Source: an uncultured Rhabdochlamydiaceae bacterium (GTDB lineage: Bacteria; Chlamydiota; Chlamydiia; Chlamydiales; Rhabdochlamydiaceae). Taken from it: a stretch of 64,000 nt of DNA. The stretch covers positions 1,536,001-1,600,000 of the forward strand of contig CAVQHD010000001.1 in assembly GCA_963712275.1 (NCBI GenBank), written 5' to 3'. Below are positions 16,844 to 25,903 of the stretch, one piece after another. A program made the translations under genes and the position numbers. Each line of letters starts with the position of its first letter. Within the stretch, counting starts at the first letter, position 1. The notes under the pieces were generated by a model. The model ran no database searches. It saw nothing but the letters and a program-made list of their open reading frames with translations, and had not been told where the DNA came from.

Positions 16844-19259
16844 GAAGCTGTCTACCCCCATAGATCGCCGCAATACAAACCATGGCCGCTGTAAAAACCA
16901 CAAAAATCCTCTCCCGCTGGCTCGCCTTTTGCCATCTCTCTTTCAGCTGCTCTACGAATGACCGAGAGAGATTTATTTTTTTTCTGATCTCTTCTACACG
17001 TTCTTTTAGACGGGCTGCTTCTGTTTTTCTCTCTCTTTCCAGATTCTCTGCCTGTTGTCTACGAGTATTAACTTCTTTTTGTCCCAACATCGATTGGATT
17101 TTATCAGTAGCTTGGGGCAAAAGAAGTTGTTTCCAAAAGTCATCTTCTAATGGCTTGCAATAAGCATTGCTGAAGAATTCTTCCGTAGTTGGTTCAATTA
17201 TGATTGAATTAATGATACCCCTGAATGCATTCCAATAAAGGTTAAATTGCCCTAGAAAAGTTTCAAGGTGTATTCCTTCGGAGCTGGGATCTAACATGCT
17301 AAAGCATTTCCATAGCGCACGAGGAACCTTTTTCCATTCATTCCTTGAAGAGGATTTTTTAAGAAAGCGGAGTTGAAGAGTCGTATTGAGATCGTCTACT
17401 GTAATAGCTCCATGCGTAATAAAGGCATTAACCTCATCTCGTGTCCATTCGAATGGACTACCCTGAAGCTGGATGGTTTTAGCGTTGGGGTATTTGTTTA
17501 AATCTTCTTTGATTTTCATCCAATTAAGTGGGCCTGCCAGGTAAATCTTTATGCGCTGTCTTAATGCCAAGCCAGGTACCTCACTGACCTCTTCGATATC
17601 AACAAGAGTGAAAATGTCATGAAGCTGCTCAAGCAACCTAAATGGAAAGTTTTCCAAATCCCTAAGCACATGACGTGTAAGAACCTCCTTGCCATTTTGC
17701 GAAAGCTTTTCAATTAAAATGGGAGTTCCTTTTGCAGCCTCATAGGGTGAAGCTTTAAAAAAGAGACTGTAGACATAGAAATTCCCTTGAACAATCTCCT
17801 CTTTATCTTTTACTCGAAAATGGAGGGTCTTGCCAAGTTCAGAGCAAGGGATTGCCAGATTTAGTTGAGCAAGATCTAAAACCCAAGCAATTGGATAAAA
17901 CTGCTCCTCTATCTGAACTTGAGTTTGTCCTACCCCCTCATATTGTGCTAACTGCTCAGCAAGGTCTTGCCAGCTCAAGTTCTGCAATTGTTGCTCCGTC
18001 AAACAAGGAAGACTCATTGAAAATCGGGTTTGGACTTCGTTATGCCAGAAGCTTCCGTGGTTACAGTAGTCGACGAGTTTGTAAAGCTCATTGTGTTCAT
18101 GCCAACTTAAATAGGCAGGATATTGTCCTGTTTTAAACCAATCAATCGCTTCCATGAGCGTCTTGCAGTTATACTCAAGGAGAGAAATGTTTTCTTTCTT
18201 CCATATTCCAGATTTCATACTGAAAACAGTGAGAAACTCATGATAAAAGTCTGCATCAATTTCAAAGTTTCCATCGTCTAGTTCTAATGTCCTTTTGACT
18301 AAAAAGCCCTCGGGGTTTTCATTAAGGAGCTGTTCAAACTTTTGCCGAGAGAACACAAGAGGGTACCGATTGTCTTCTACCGTGAGCCTAATTCTCTCGG
18401 CTTTAGGGCAACCATCCAGTAAAATCTTCATTTTTTGAGCAAAGACCCCATTTTGAAGATCTTTCTCATCATCAAGAGAGACCTTAATTTCCATAGCATT
18501 TATTACATCTTTACAGTTTGAATAAATATATGAAAAATTACCCTCGTGACAATAAGTCGCTAGAAAATACAACAGAGAACATTTTTGATTGTTTGTATAA
18601 GAATAAAACCAACTTGTATCTTCATATTTCCGATCGGCAATGGCTTCATAAGCAAACCAAAACGTTTTTGCATCGATCTCTGGAAAGTCCAGATAAAAAC
18701 GGCCTTTTGGTATCTTCAAATGAAGCAGCTCACATTTGGCTAGCGTCAAATCGACCTTAACTCCCCCTTTCAGAGAGCAAGAAACTTTTTGAGTTAAGTC
18801 TTTTAGCTCTTTGGGTTCCCATGCTTGACAAAAGGAAGCAATGGAATGGCTCGAGTATTCAAAGCCTTGTACAAAGACCTGACAAGGAGTTGATACGAGA
18901 GGTGTCATGAGCCTGCAAAATTTCTCCCACGCCAACTCCAATGCGGCGGGCAGAATCTCAAGATCAGTTTCATTTTGATTGGCAAACTTAATAAACCTAT
19001 TATTTTCAGCAATATAAGCGAGTCTTTTCATCAAAGCATAGTCGGACCGAAGCGCTTCCCATTCATCCTCGCTAAAGCCCTCTGAAGGCTGCTCTCTCGA
19101 TAAACTTAACTTTTTAGCTCCATTGATAACTAGCACACTAAGATTAGCATATTGCTGAGTAATCGCATCTTTAAAGATTTTATTATAATTTTTAATTTCT
19201 TCCCAAATGAGTCTTACTTGAGCACTCGACCTTGTTGAAGATACAGCTGGTGCCGCCAT
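16812..19259 (-). CDS. Large hypothetical protein with BTB/POZ-like segments, a coiled coil and a C-terminal TM anchor
   Basis: 815 aa. Ser-rich N-terminus, ISLLEYNCKTLMEAIDWFKTG..ELYKLVDYC, charged coiled coil, hydrophobic tail. Confidence 0.55.
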   Translation of the reverse strand: MAAPAVSSTRSSAQVRLIWEEIKNYNKIFKDAITQQYANLSVLVINGAKKLSLSREQPSEGFSEDEWEALRSDYALMKRLAYIAENNRFIKFANQNETDLEILPAALELAWEKFCRLMTPLVSTPCQVFVQGFEYSSHSIASFCQAWEPKELKDLTQKVSCSLKGGVKVDLTLAKCELLHLKIPKGRFYLDFPEIDAKTFWFAYEAIADRKYEDTSWFYSYTNNQKCSLLYFLATYCHEGNFSYIYSNCKDVINAMEIKVSLDDEKDLQNGVFAQKMKILLDGCPKAERIRLTVEDNRYPLVFSRQKFEQLLNENPEGFLVKRTLELDDGNFEIDADFYHEFLTVFSMKSGIWKKENISLLEYNCKTLMEAIDWFKTGQYPAYLSWHEHNELYKLVDYCNHGSFWHNEVQTRFSMSLPCLTEQQLQNLSWQDLAEQLAQYEGVGQTQVQIEEQFYPIAWVLDLAQLNLAIPCSELGKTLHFRVKDKEEIVQGNFYVYSLFFKASPYEAAKGTPILIEKLSQNGKEVLTRHVLRDLENFPFRLLEQLHDIFTLVDIEEVSEVPGLALRQRIKIYLAGPLNWMKIKEDLNKYPNAKTIQLQGSPFEWTRDEVNAFITHGAITVDDLNTTLQLRFLKKSSSRNEWKKVPRALWKCFSMLDPSSEGIHLETFLGQFNLYWNAFRGIINSIIIEPTTEEFFSNAYCKPLEDDFWKQLLLPQATDKIQSMLGQKEVNTRRQQAENLERERKTEAARLKERVEEIRKKINLSRSFVEQLKERWQKASQRERIFVVFTAAMVCIAAIYGGRQLLNGSSGFRFS

Positions 19260-19370
19260 TTCTACCTCAATTTTATCAAACTACTATAGCACAACTTAGC
19301 AATAAAAATCTTCCCTATAGAGATTTATTTTTCTGGACAGGTACCCAGTTTGTAGTGATTTTGAACATTA

Positions 19371-19560
19371 CCGCTCAAAAAAATCTAGGCAAATCTACAC
19401 AAACGCATAGACAAGCCGGACACGTCAACAGAGCAGTCGAGTTGACGATTCGCGTGCCGGAGTCTCGCCGGCAAGATTCGAGAGCATTGCTGTCACAGGA
19501 GTCGTTTTGGGGACTCTAGGATCGGTATGTACCGCCCGAAAATGCGCTGTAAGCGCCGCT
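19371..19560 (-). ncRNA. Putative TnpB omega-RNA scaffold
   Basis: Hairpins GCCGG-CGAGACT-CCGGC and CGTCAAC-N11-GTTGACG overlap the tnpB 3' end and run toward the right end. The 5' limit is a guess. Confidence 0.5.
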
Positions 19561-20999
19561 GAAAGTTTCTTATTGAGCTGCCCCCATTGGCGCCATACAT
19601 GCCAAGATCGATTCCTTGCAGGTAGATCAAGGGTGACATGGCCCCCTTTTCCATCGGGAATTTCCCTTTGGCCTTGGGGCATTCTTTCAGAAACTCCTAA
19701 AAATCTGCGGCCGATGCAAAGTGCGGCCGCCATATGAATTGTTAAGCCATAACGCTTTGCAAACTTGACTCGCCCGATGAGCGAAGTAAAGGCTGGATTG
19801 ACGCTATAAACGGCGACTCTTTTTGATGCCCCTCGGCTTTTAAGATGAGCAATGATCGATGCGTAGGCAAAAGCAGAGAGCATACGAGAATAGGTGGGGT
19901 CTTTTTCCCTAAGTTGGGCTTTCTTTTTCTTAAAGTCGAGGTTTTCAAGGACGAGGGGTTTTCGTGTCTCTTCGCAGAGGGCAATAATTTGGGCCGAGGC
20001 ATTGCCAATGAGGGCTTGGGCCTGGCCTTTGGAGGTATGATGAAGGGGAAGAAGGATATTGAATGTATGAAGGGTGTTCCCGAATCGATCGGTTTCTACA
20101 ACCGCTAGATGATCACGATTAATATCAACGGCAACGACGCCATTTTCTTTAAGAGTCGTAGGTTGAGAAACCTGGATGCCTATACTAACGAAAATACGCC
20201 ACCCTTTGGCATCTTTTTTAAAACGAAAGGTGATCGCTTGGCCATGATTTTTATAAGCAGGATCCTTGAGAAGCTGTTGCCTTAGATAACAGTCGCGAAT
20301 GGCTGCTACAATCACATCATGGCCATAGGCAAAGCGGATATTGGGGATTTGGAGATATTTACCGAATTGAGTAGCCAATGCATCGGGCAGCCTTACACGT
20401 AAATGAATGGAATCACCTTGTCCAATAGAAGCCGTACAGCTTTGATTGCCGGAAGTTTCATCTTTAGATCCAAGGATGAAAATTTCAGAATTCCTGGTTT
20501 GTCTCCAACCGTTTTTCCAGTCTTCATGCGTTGCATAGCCATTAGCTTCTAAATCAAACTGAGCTCGAAACAGTTTTTTCCCGCCAAAGCAAAGAGAAAT
20601 ATCTTTATTTTTTTGAGCTGTTTCGAGTTTTTTGAGCTGATCTTTGAGTTTGGCAAGGCGCCGCTTTTTTTGATGGAGAATCTTTTTATTTTTAAGATGG
20701 GCAAGGGTCTCTTCAAGAGCTGCAATTTGGTGCTTTTTAGTTTCAATGCGCTGGGATTGCAATCGGAGAATAGAGTCGATTTTACCTTCGAGTTGGACAC
20801 GGGCTGCATTGAATTGGCGGGCAGTGATACGAAAATGGGTGAGGTAAAATGATTTGAGATCTCCAGCAACTTTACCAGTTGCAATGTCTGCAAATAAACA
20901 GCGCTCAACATGGCTCATAAGCAATGCATAGGCAGATAATGGCTTGTCGAGGCCATCGAGAATACGGGTTTGATAAGTTCTGGGAGCAGTATCAGACAT
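19425..20999 (-). CDS. tnpB: TnpB-related RNA-guided nuclease (no Zn finger; RuvC-III His variant)
   Basis: RuvC-I VAVDIN, RuvC-II LVLENLDF, then VNPAFTS..HMAAALCIGRR. Confidence 0.85.
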   Translation of the reverse strand: MSDTAPRTYQTRILDGLDKPLSAYALLMSHVERCLFADIATGKVAGDLKSFYLTHFRITARQFNAARVQLEGKIDSILRLQSQRIETKKHQIAALEETLAHLKNKKILHQKKRRLAKLKDQLKKLETAQKNKDISLCFGGKKLFRAQFDLEANGYATHEDWKNGWRQTRNSEIFILGSKDETSGNQSCTASIGQGDSIHLRVRLPDALATQFGKYLQIPNIRFAYGHDVIVAAIRDCYLRQQLLKDPAYKNHGQAITFRFKKDAKGWRIFVSIGIQVSQPTTLKENGVVAVDINRDHLAVVETDRFGNTLHTFNILLPLHHTSKGQAQALIGNASAQIIALCEETRKPLVLENLDFKKKKAQLREKDPTYSRMLSAFAYASIIAHLKSRGASKRVAVYSVNPAFTSLIGRVKFAKRYGLTIHMAAALCIGRRFLGVSERMPQGQREIPDGKGGHVTLDLPARNRSWHVWRQWGQLNKKLSAALTAHFRAVHTDPRVPKTTPVTAMLSNLAGETPARESSTRLLC

Positions 21000-21603
21000 T
21001 TTCGGTCGCTTGTTTTAAAGCTTGTAAAAATTTTTGGTTCTTTCTGGATCTGACTCCATAAAGCCTTGCAGAAAATACGGTGATGATTTCCAAGACGTCT
21101 TGTACCAGATCGTCTTCAAAATGGGCTTCCTCGGATTTGTTCATGATCACCACTTCAATGCCAAACTCTTCGCATAAAGAAAAAATCAATTCTGACCCAA
21201 ATCGCAAGAGTCGATCTTTGTGGGTTAGGACAAGACGATCGATTTTCTCAGAACAGATGCTTTGCATCAACTTCTTTAAACCTTGTTTCTGAAAATTGAG
21301 ACCTGAACCAAGATCTTGAACAACCTCATGAACCCATCCATTAGCTGTACAGAAGTTTTCTATGACTTGGGTTTGCCTGATTAGGTCATCTTTCTGATCA
21401 TAGCTGGAGACTCGTGCATAGCCGAGAGTATGTTTCTTTGAATTCAATTTCTTGGACTGTGCGGACGCATGCCTAGAAAGGTCAAAACGACGATGGCCTT
21501 TAGGCGTCCTTTCAACAATAATCTGGCCTGATTTTTCCCATCTGCGAAGCGTTTCTTGTGAAACGCCGAAATATTTTGCTGCTGTCCCAATGTTTACTTT
21601 CAT
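20992..21603 (-). CDS. tnpA: IS607 transposase (MerR-type HTH + serine recombinase)
   Basis: AAKYFGVSQETLRRWE, RTPKGHRRF, YARVSS, DLGSGLN, HKDRLLRFG and FSARLYG motifs. Confidence 0.95.
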   Translation of the reverse strand: MKVNIGTAAKYFGVSQETLRRWEKSGQIIVERTPKGHRRFDLSRHASAQSKKLNSKKHTLGYARVSSYDQKDDLIRQTQVIENFCTANGWVHEVVQDLGSGLNFQKQGLKKLMQSICSEKIDRLVLTHKDRLLRFGSELIFSLCEEFGIEVVIMNKSEEAHFEDDLVQDVLEIITVFSARLYGVRSRKNQKFLQALKQATENV

Positions 21604-21695
21604 GGGAATGAATTCTATACATTTTGTATAGATTTATCAAGAAATATCTATATTTTCTTCAACTGCTGCCAACCCTACTAAAACCCTTGAAGAAA

Positions 21696-23747
21696 TCATC
21701 GCTCAATTCGAAAAAGCTCACGGATGAGGGGTTCGGCCCCATAGACAGTTTTGAGGGCTTCTAAGATCCCTTGAGAGTGAACACTAACAGCTCTCCCTTG
21801 GGTCTCATCAAATTCATAGTCCCATGTAAGGGATTGGATGTTCCCATCGAAGATAAGACCGACCAGCTCCCCTTTCACATTGACAACAGGACTTCCAGAG
21901 TTCCCTCCGACGATGTCGTTTGTCGAAACAAAATTAAAGGGGACCTGGCTTTTACTGAGGAGGGAGCTCTTTTTCTGCCAGCTGGGAGGAATCTCAAAAG
22001 GAGCTTTAAACTGGTGCTGGCTCGCAAGGCGGTACAGGCCACTGAGGATGGTCATCGGCTCGATGAAAACTTTATTCTCATGATACCCCTTCATCACCCC
22101 CATCGAAAGACGCAAGGTAAATGTCGCATCAGGATAGATGCTCTCCCCAAACCGCTTAAAGACCTTTTCTGCAATGGCATTGTAACTTTCATTCTGAACA
22201 CTTTCAAGCTCATTTTCCTCTTGTGTTCTGACCTTCCGTGCATAGGGATCAAGCGCCCTAGCAAACACAATCAGAGGATCTGTAGATGACTCGATTTCTT
22301 GAGGATTTTCGTAGAGATGTTTGCGATAGTCCAGATCGGCTAATTTTGTTGTGCTTAGAAGTTCTTCGGCTCTCTCACTTGGCGACTTCCCACTCAACGC
22401 AACTTTGACAGTTGGATGATCCTCGCCTAGAATATCGGATAATAATTTTAAGCTGCAGGATAGATTCACTTTTTCTAGGCTCATATAAACAGGCGCACTG
22501 GAAAACAGGGCCAGTTTAAGCGTCTCGACTTCTGTATCGGTATATTCACTAAGCCGTTCGTCGTTAGGCTTGCCCCTTTCTGCAGCAGAGCGAACAAGTA
22601 CCTTTGCCCAGTTATACAACTTACAATAACCAGAGCCCATTCCTTCTAACATCACATAAGACGAGTAGTAGCTTTTTGCATTCTTAAGTGCTGTTTTTAG
22701 CTGAACCCAAGGAAGGAATGATTCAGGATTGCCATAGAGCGATGCTTCATATTGCTGCTTTCTCTGGATAATTTGAGTGGTTGCAAACCCTTTTTCGATT
22801 CCTTTAAAGCTTTTGTAAGCGTTGCTGAGTCTGGAGAGATTCTGGGCAGCGATGCGTCCATTTTCTTGATTCTCTTGCGCGTAGGCTTCAATCCTCTTTT
22901 TCTTCTCTTCGATCAGGCGAAGATAGAGCGAAAGCTCCTCGTTTTTAAAAAACTCTAGGTGAGGCGAGGTGTAGAGCCTATCCGTGCTTCCGGGATGGCC
23001 TGACACAAAAAGGACTTCGGAAGGGCGAGGTCCTGAAGAACTCCACTGAAGAAAGTGATCTGTGGCAAGCGGTTTGCCATTTTCATAGACACGAAAAAAA
23101 CAAATGTCTAAGTTATAGCGCGGGTATTCAAAATTATCTTCGTCGCCGCCAAAAAAGGCAATCTTCTCCTCGGGAACCATGACAAGCCGAATATCACTAT
23201 ACCGCTTATAAAGATAGAGATTATACCTTGCTCCTTGGTAGAGAATGACAATTTCAGGCTGAAGCCCCGTTTGCTGCTGCGCCTTTTGCTTAATTCGAGC
23301 CATTGCTGCCTTTCTTGCCTCTTCTCGATCTGCGACAGAGGTTTCTGCTGAAGCTGCTTGATTCACTTCTTCGGTGACATCTTCAATGGAAACCAACTGA
23401 TCAACATAGAGATTGGGGCATTTGAGCTCTTGATCTAGACTGGGTGCATAAAATCCTTCCGCTATAAGATTCCGATCTTTTGTCGAGAGGTTGAAAACCG
23501 CTTGCGAACCAACGTGTTGATTGGTCAAAAGGAGCCCTTGCGAAGAGACAAACGATCCTGATCCTCCCTCGCTAATTCTCAAAGAGGCCTTTTGCAGGTG
23601 GAGAATCCACTCTTTGTCCAGAGTAGCGCCATACTTTTCTTTAATCTGCTTTGTGGGGATCATGTTGAAAGGCCACATCCCCTCCTCAGCGGAGCAAAAC
23701 GGCGTTGCGACACAACTGAGCAGAGAAAGGAACATGATGAATCTCAT
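21696..23747 (-). CDS. S46 family dipeptidyl-peptidase (DPP7/DPP11-like)
   Basis: Signal peptide, EEGMW, SFVS..GLLLTNQH, GGDEDNFEYPR, YPDATFTLR and TNDIVGGNSGSPV. Confidence 0.92.
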   Translation of the reverse strand: MRFIMFLSLLSCVATPFCSAEEGMWPFNMIPTKQIKEKYGATLDKEWILHLQKASLRISEGGSGSFVSSQGLLLTNQHVGSQAVFNLSTKDRNLIAEGFYAPSLDQELKCPNLYVDQLVSIEDVTEEVNQAASAETSVADREEARKAAMARIKQKAQQQTGLQPEIVILYQGARYNLYLYKRYSDIRLVMVPEEKIAFFGGDEDNFEYPRYNLDICFFRVYENGKPLATDHFLQWSSSGPRPSEVLFVSGHPGSTDRLYTSPHLEFFKNEELSLYLRLIEEKKKRIEAYAQENQENGRIAAQNLSRLSNAYKSFKGIEKGFATTQIIQRKQQYEASLYGNPESFLPWVQLKTALKNAKSYYSSYVMLEGMGSGYCKLYNWAKVLVRSAAERGKPNDERLSEYTDTEVETLKLALFSSAPVYMSLEKVNLSCSLKLLSDILGEDHPTVKVALSGKSPSERAEELLSTTKLADLDYRKHLYENPQEIESSTDPLIVFARALDPYARKVRTQEENELESVQNESYNAIAEKVFKRFGESIYPDATFTLRLSMGVMKGYHENKVFIEPMTILSGLYRLASQHQFKAPFEIPPSWQKKSSLLSKSQVPFNFVSTNDIVGGNSGSPVVNVKGELVGLIFDGNIQSLTWDYEFDETQGRAVSVHSQGILEALKTVYGAEPLIRELFRIER

Positions 23748-23850
23748 GGACAACCTATAACACTTTACGTAGATAGGGCTCAATAGCAAAAATAAATTTT
23801 AAACATTGGGTTTTTTTTAAAGAAAGCTTATAATTAGTCCCAAAAATTAA

Positions 23851-24417
23851 ATGGCTACCATGCGCCTAGAAGAGTTACAAAGGCTGATTGCAAAAGGTGA
23901 ATCGGAGACCTTGGAATTCAAAAAGAGCACAGGACAGCGAACCGAAGCTGCGAAGACGGCATGCGCCCTGCTCAACGGATTTGGAGGACTTCTTCTTTTC
24001 GGCATCTCTGACAAGGGAGAAATCGTTGGCCAACAAGTGACAGCGAAAACGCTTGGAGACATTTCTGCTGAATTAAATAGCAATCCGGCACCTACATGGG
24101 AGATAAGAACAGAATCTGTGATAACCACTTTTTCACCTTCAGCCTTTTTTGCGACAGGGAGGATGTTGGAAGAGGCTGGATCGGGATATAGACAGTTTAG
24201 GCCTGAGTCAAGGCCCGAGTCACTAGAAACCGAAGTGTTAGCTCTTCTGAGTAAAGAACCTTTGTCAAAATTAGAAATTGCAAGGCATTTAGGGCATAAG
24301 CAGATCTCAGGAGGTTTAAAAAAGGTGATTCAAAATCTGCTAGCTAAGCAAAAAATTGAATATACCATTCCTAAAAAGCCAGGAAGCCGGCTGCAAAAAT
24401 ACAAACTATTTTTATGA
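23851..24417 (+). pseudogene. Internally deleted AlbA_2/Schlafen-domain transcriptional regulator with C-terminal HTH
   Basis: GESETLEFKKS..ACALLNGFGG.LLFGISDKG is joined abruptly to PAPTWE and a C-terminal IEYTIPKKPGSRLQKY; the middle region is missing. Confidence 0.55.
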
Positions 24418-25433
24418 AAGTTTTAGGGATTGAAACCACCTGTGATGAGACGGCTTGCGCTGTCGTCGAAGATGGCAAAGTGATTTTGTCGCAAGTTGTG
24501 GCAAGCCAAGCTGATCTGCATCGAAACTATGGGGGGGTTTTTCCAGAGCTTGCCTGTCGGAGACACTACGATGTTCTGCTGCCGCTCGTGGATCAGGTTT
24601 TGAAAGAGGCGCATCTGACAGCTCAAGCAATCGATTTGATTGCTGTTGCCCATGGCCCGGGACTCATCGGGGCGCTGCTCTTAGGGCTTCATGCCGCCAA
24701 GGGGCTTGCCCTTTCGTGGGGCTGCCCATTTGTGGGAGTCAATCATGTGGAGGCCCATCTCTATGCAGCTACTATGGGGTGCGAAGAAGTGATTTTTCCA
24801 GCCATGGGGGTTGTCGTCTCTGGAGGCCACACTCTTCTTGTCAAAATGAATGGGCTTGGGTCGTATGAGCCGATCGGATCAACCGTGGACGATGCCGCTG
24901 GAGAAGCGTTTGATAAAGTCGCCTCTCTCCTAGATCTTCCTTATCCAGGAGGGCCTCAAATTGAAAAATTGGCACAAAAAGGTGAGGCAGCCCATTACCC
25001 TTTCAAGCCAGGAGTTGTGAAAGGACGTCCATGGGATTTTTCATTTAGTGGTCTCAAGACCAATGTTCTTTATACCCTAAAAGGGCAAAATTGCGATCGA
25101 AAAGCCCCTTCTCTTCTTCCTGAATCTGAAAAAGTTCACATTGCAGCAGGATTTCAAGAGGCGGCTCTAGGCGACATTGCGAGCAAAACGATTGCCGCAG
25201 CGAAGGCGTTTAATTGTAAAATGATTTTTTTAGGCGGCGGCGTCACCCAAAACGAGCGGCTTCGCGAGCTCTTTAAAAACAGCCCCATCCCTGCGATTTT
25301 CCCTCCTTCTGGCCTATCTCTTGATAACGGCGTCATGATTGCCGGACTGGGATTTCACGTTTTTCATCAAAGAGGGTGCACCAGCGACTCCTTCGACTTA
25401 GAGCCTCATCCTCGGATGTCTCTAAGAGACTGA
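24414..25433 (+). CDS. tsaD: tRNA N6-adenosine threonylcarbamoyltransferase
   Basis: LGIETTCDET, GGVFPELA, VNHVEAH, SGGHT, DDAAGEAFDK, FSFSGLKT and DNGVMIA motifs. Confidence 0.96.
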   Translation: MKVLGIETTCDETACAVVEDGKVILSQVVASQADLHRNYGGVFPELACRRHYDVLLPLVDQVLKEAHLTAQAIDLIAVAHGPGLIGALLLGLHAAKGLALSWGCPFVGVNHVEAHLYAATMGCEEVIFPAMGVVVSGGHTLLVKMNGLGSYEPIGSTVDDAAGEAFDKVASLLDLPYPGGPQIEKLAQKGEAAHYPFKPGVVKGRPWDFSFSGLKTNVLYTLKGQNCDRKAPSLLPESEKVHIAAGFQEAALGDIASKTIAAAKAFNCKMIFLGGGVTQNERLRELFKNSPIPAIFPPSGLSLDNGVMIAGLGFHVFHQRGCTSDSFDLEPHPRMSLRD

Positions 25434-25484
25434 CTACGGATTCAGGTTTCATCGACTGAAACTGAATCCGTAGTCAGTCTCTTA
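25423..25484. mobile_element. Short palindromic element at the tsaD stop
   Basis: TA-AGAGACTGACTACGGATTCAG...CTGAATCCGTAGTCAGTCTCT-TA; perfect outer arms. Confidence 0.75.
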
Positions 25485-25567
25485 GACTGAAAGAAATATA
25501 TTGAGAGTAGATTTTATGTGGAAAAGAGACTAGAATGAGGTCATCATTTTTTTAAAGGGGTGTTTTT

Positions 25568-25726
25568 ATGGCAAAGTCAGGTCGTGAATTTGTTAAGTTG
25601 AAAAGTACAGAGAGTCCAGAGGTTTACTGGACCAATAAAAATAAAAAAACTTCGACAGAGCGTTTAGAGCTTAAAAAATATGACAAACGTCTGAAAAAGC
25701 ATGTGACTTTTAAAGAAGCAAAATAA
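25568..25726 (+). CDS. rpmG: 50S ribosomal protein L33 (cysteine-free type); absent from the ORF track
   Basis: MAKSGREFVKLKSTESPEVYWTNKNKKTSTERLELKKYDKRLKKHVTFKEAK. Confidence 0.95.
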   Translation: MAKSGREFVKLKSTESPEVYWTNKNKKTSTERLELKKYDKRLKKHVTFKEAK

Positions 25727-25738
25727 AGTCCGTGTGCT

Positions 25739-25902
25739 CGGTAGGGAGGGAGAAAAGTGAAATGTGCTTTTTGGCGCCGCCAGGCAGATTTTTTTATACA
25801 AATCCTCGCAAATAGCCTAGCGGCTATTCGCTGTGGTTTGTATAAAAAATCTGCTGTGGCGGCGCTCAAAAAGCCCTATCTCACTTTTCTCCCTCCCTAC
25901 CG
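25739..25902. repeat. 164-bp palindromic element between rpmG and lolC/E
   Basis: CGGTAGGGAGGGAGAAAAGTGA...TCACTTTTCTCCCTCCCTACCG with nested stems (GCAGATTTTTTTATACAAA / TTTGTATAAAAAATCTGC). Confidence 0.85.
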
Positions 25903-25903
25903 T

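Larger units (their letters stand above)
19371..21675 (-). mobile_element. IS607-family insertion sequence (tnpA + tnpB)
   Basis: Serine recombinase overlapping tnpB. No terminal IRs. TAGATTT-like repeats near both ends. Boundaries inferred at GG dinucleotides. Confidence 0.85.

Noticed and set aside
19425..20999. Possible Cas12/Cas14 effector
   Set aside because: No CRISPR array nearby, and it is directly coupled to an IS607 serine recombinase, so TnpB is the better call.
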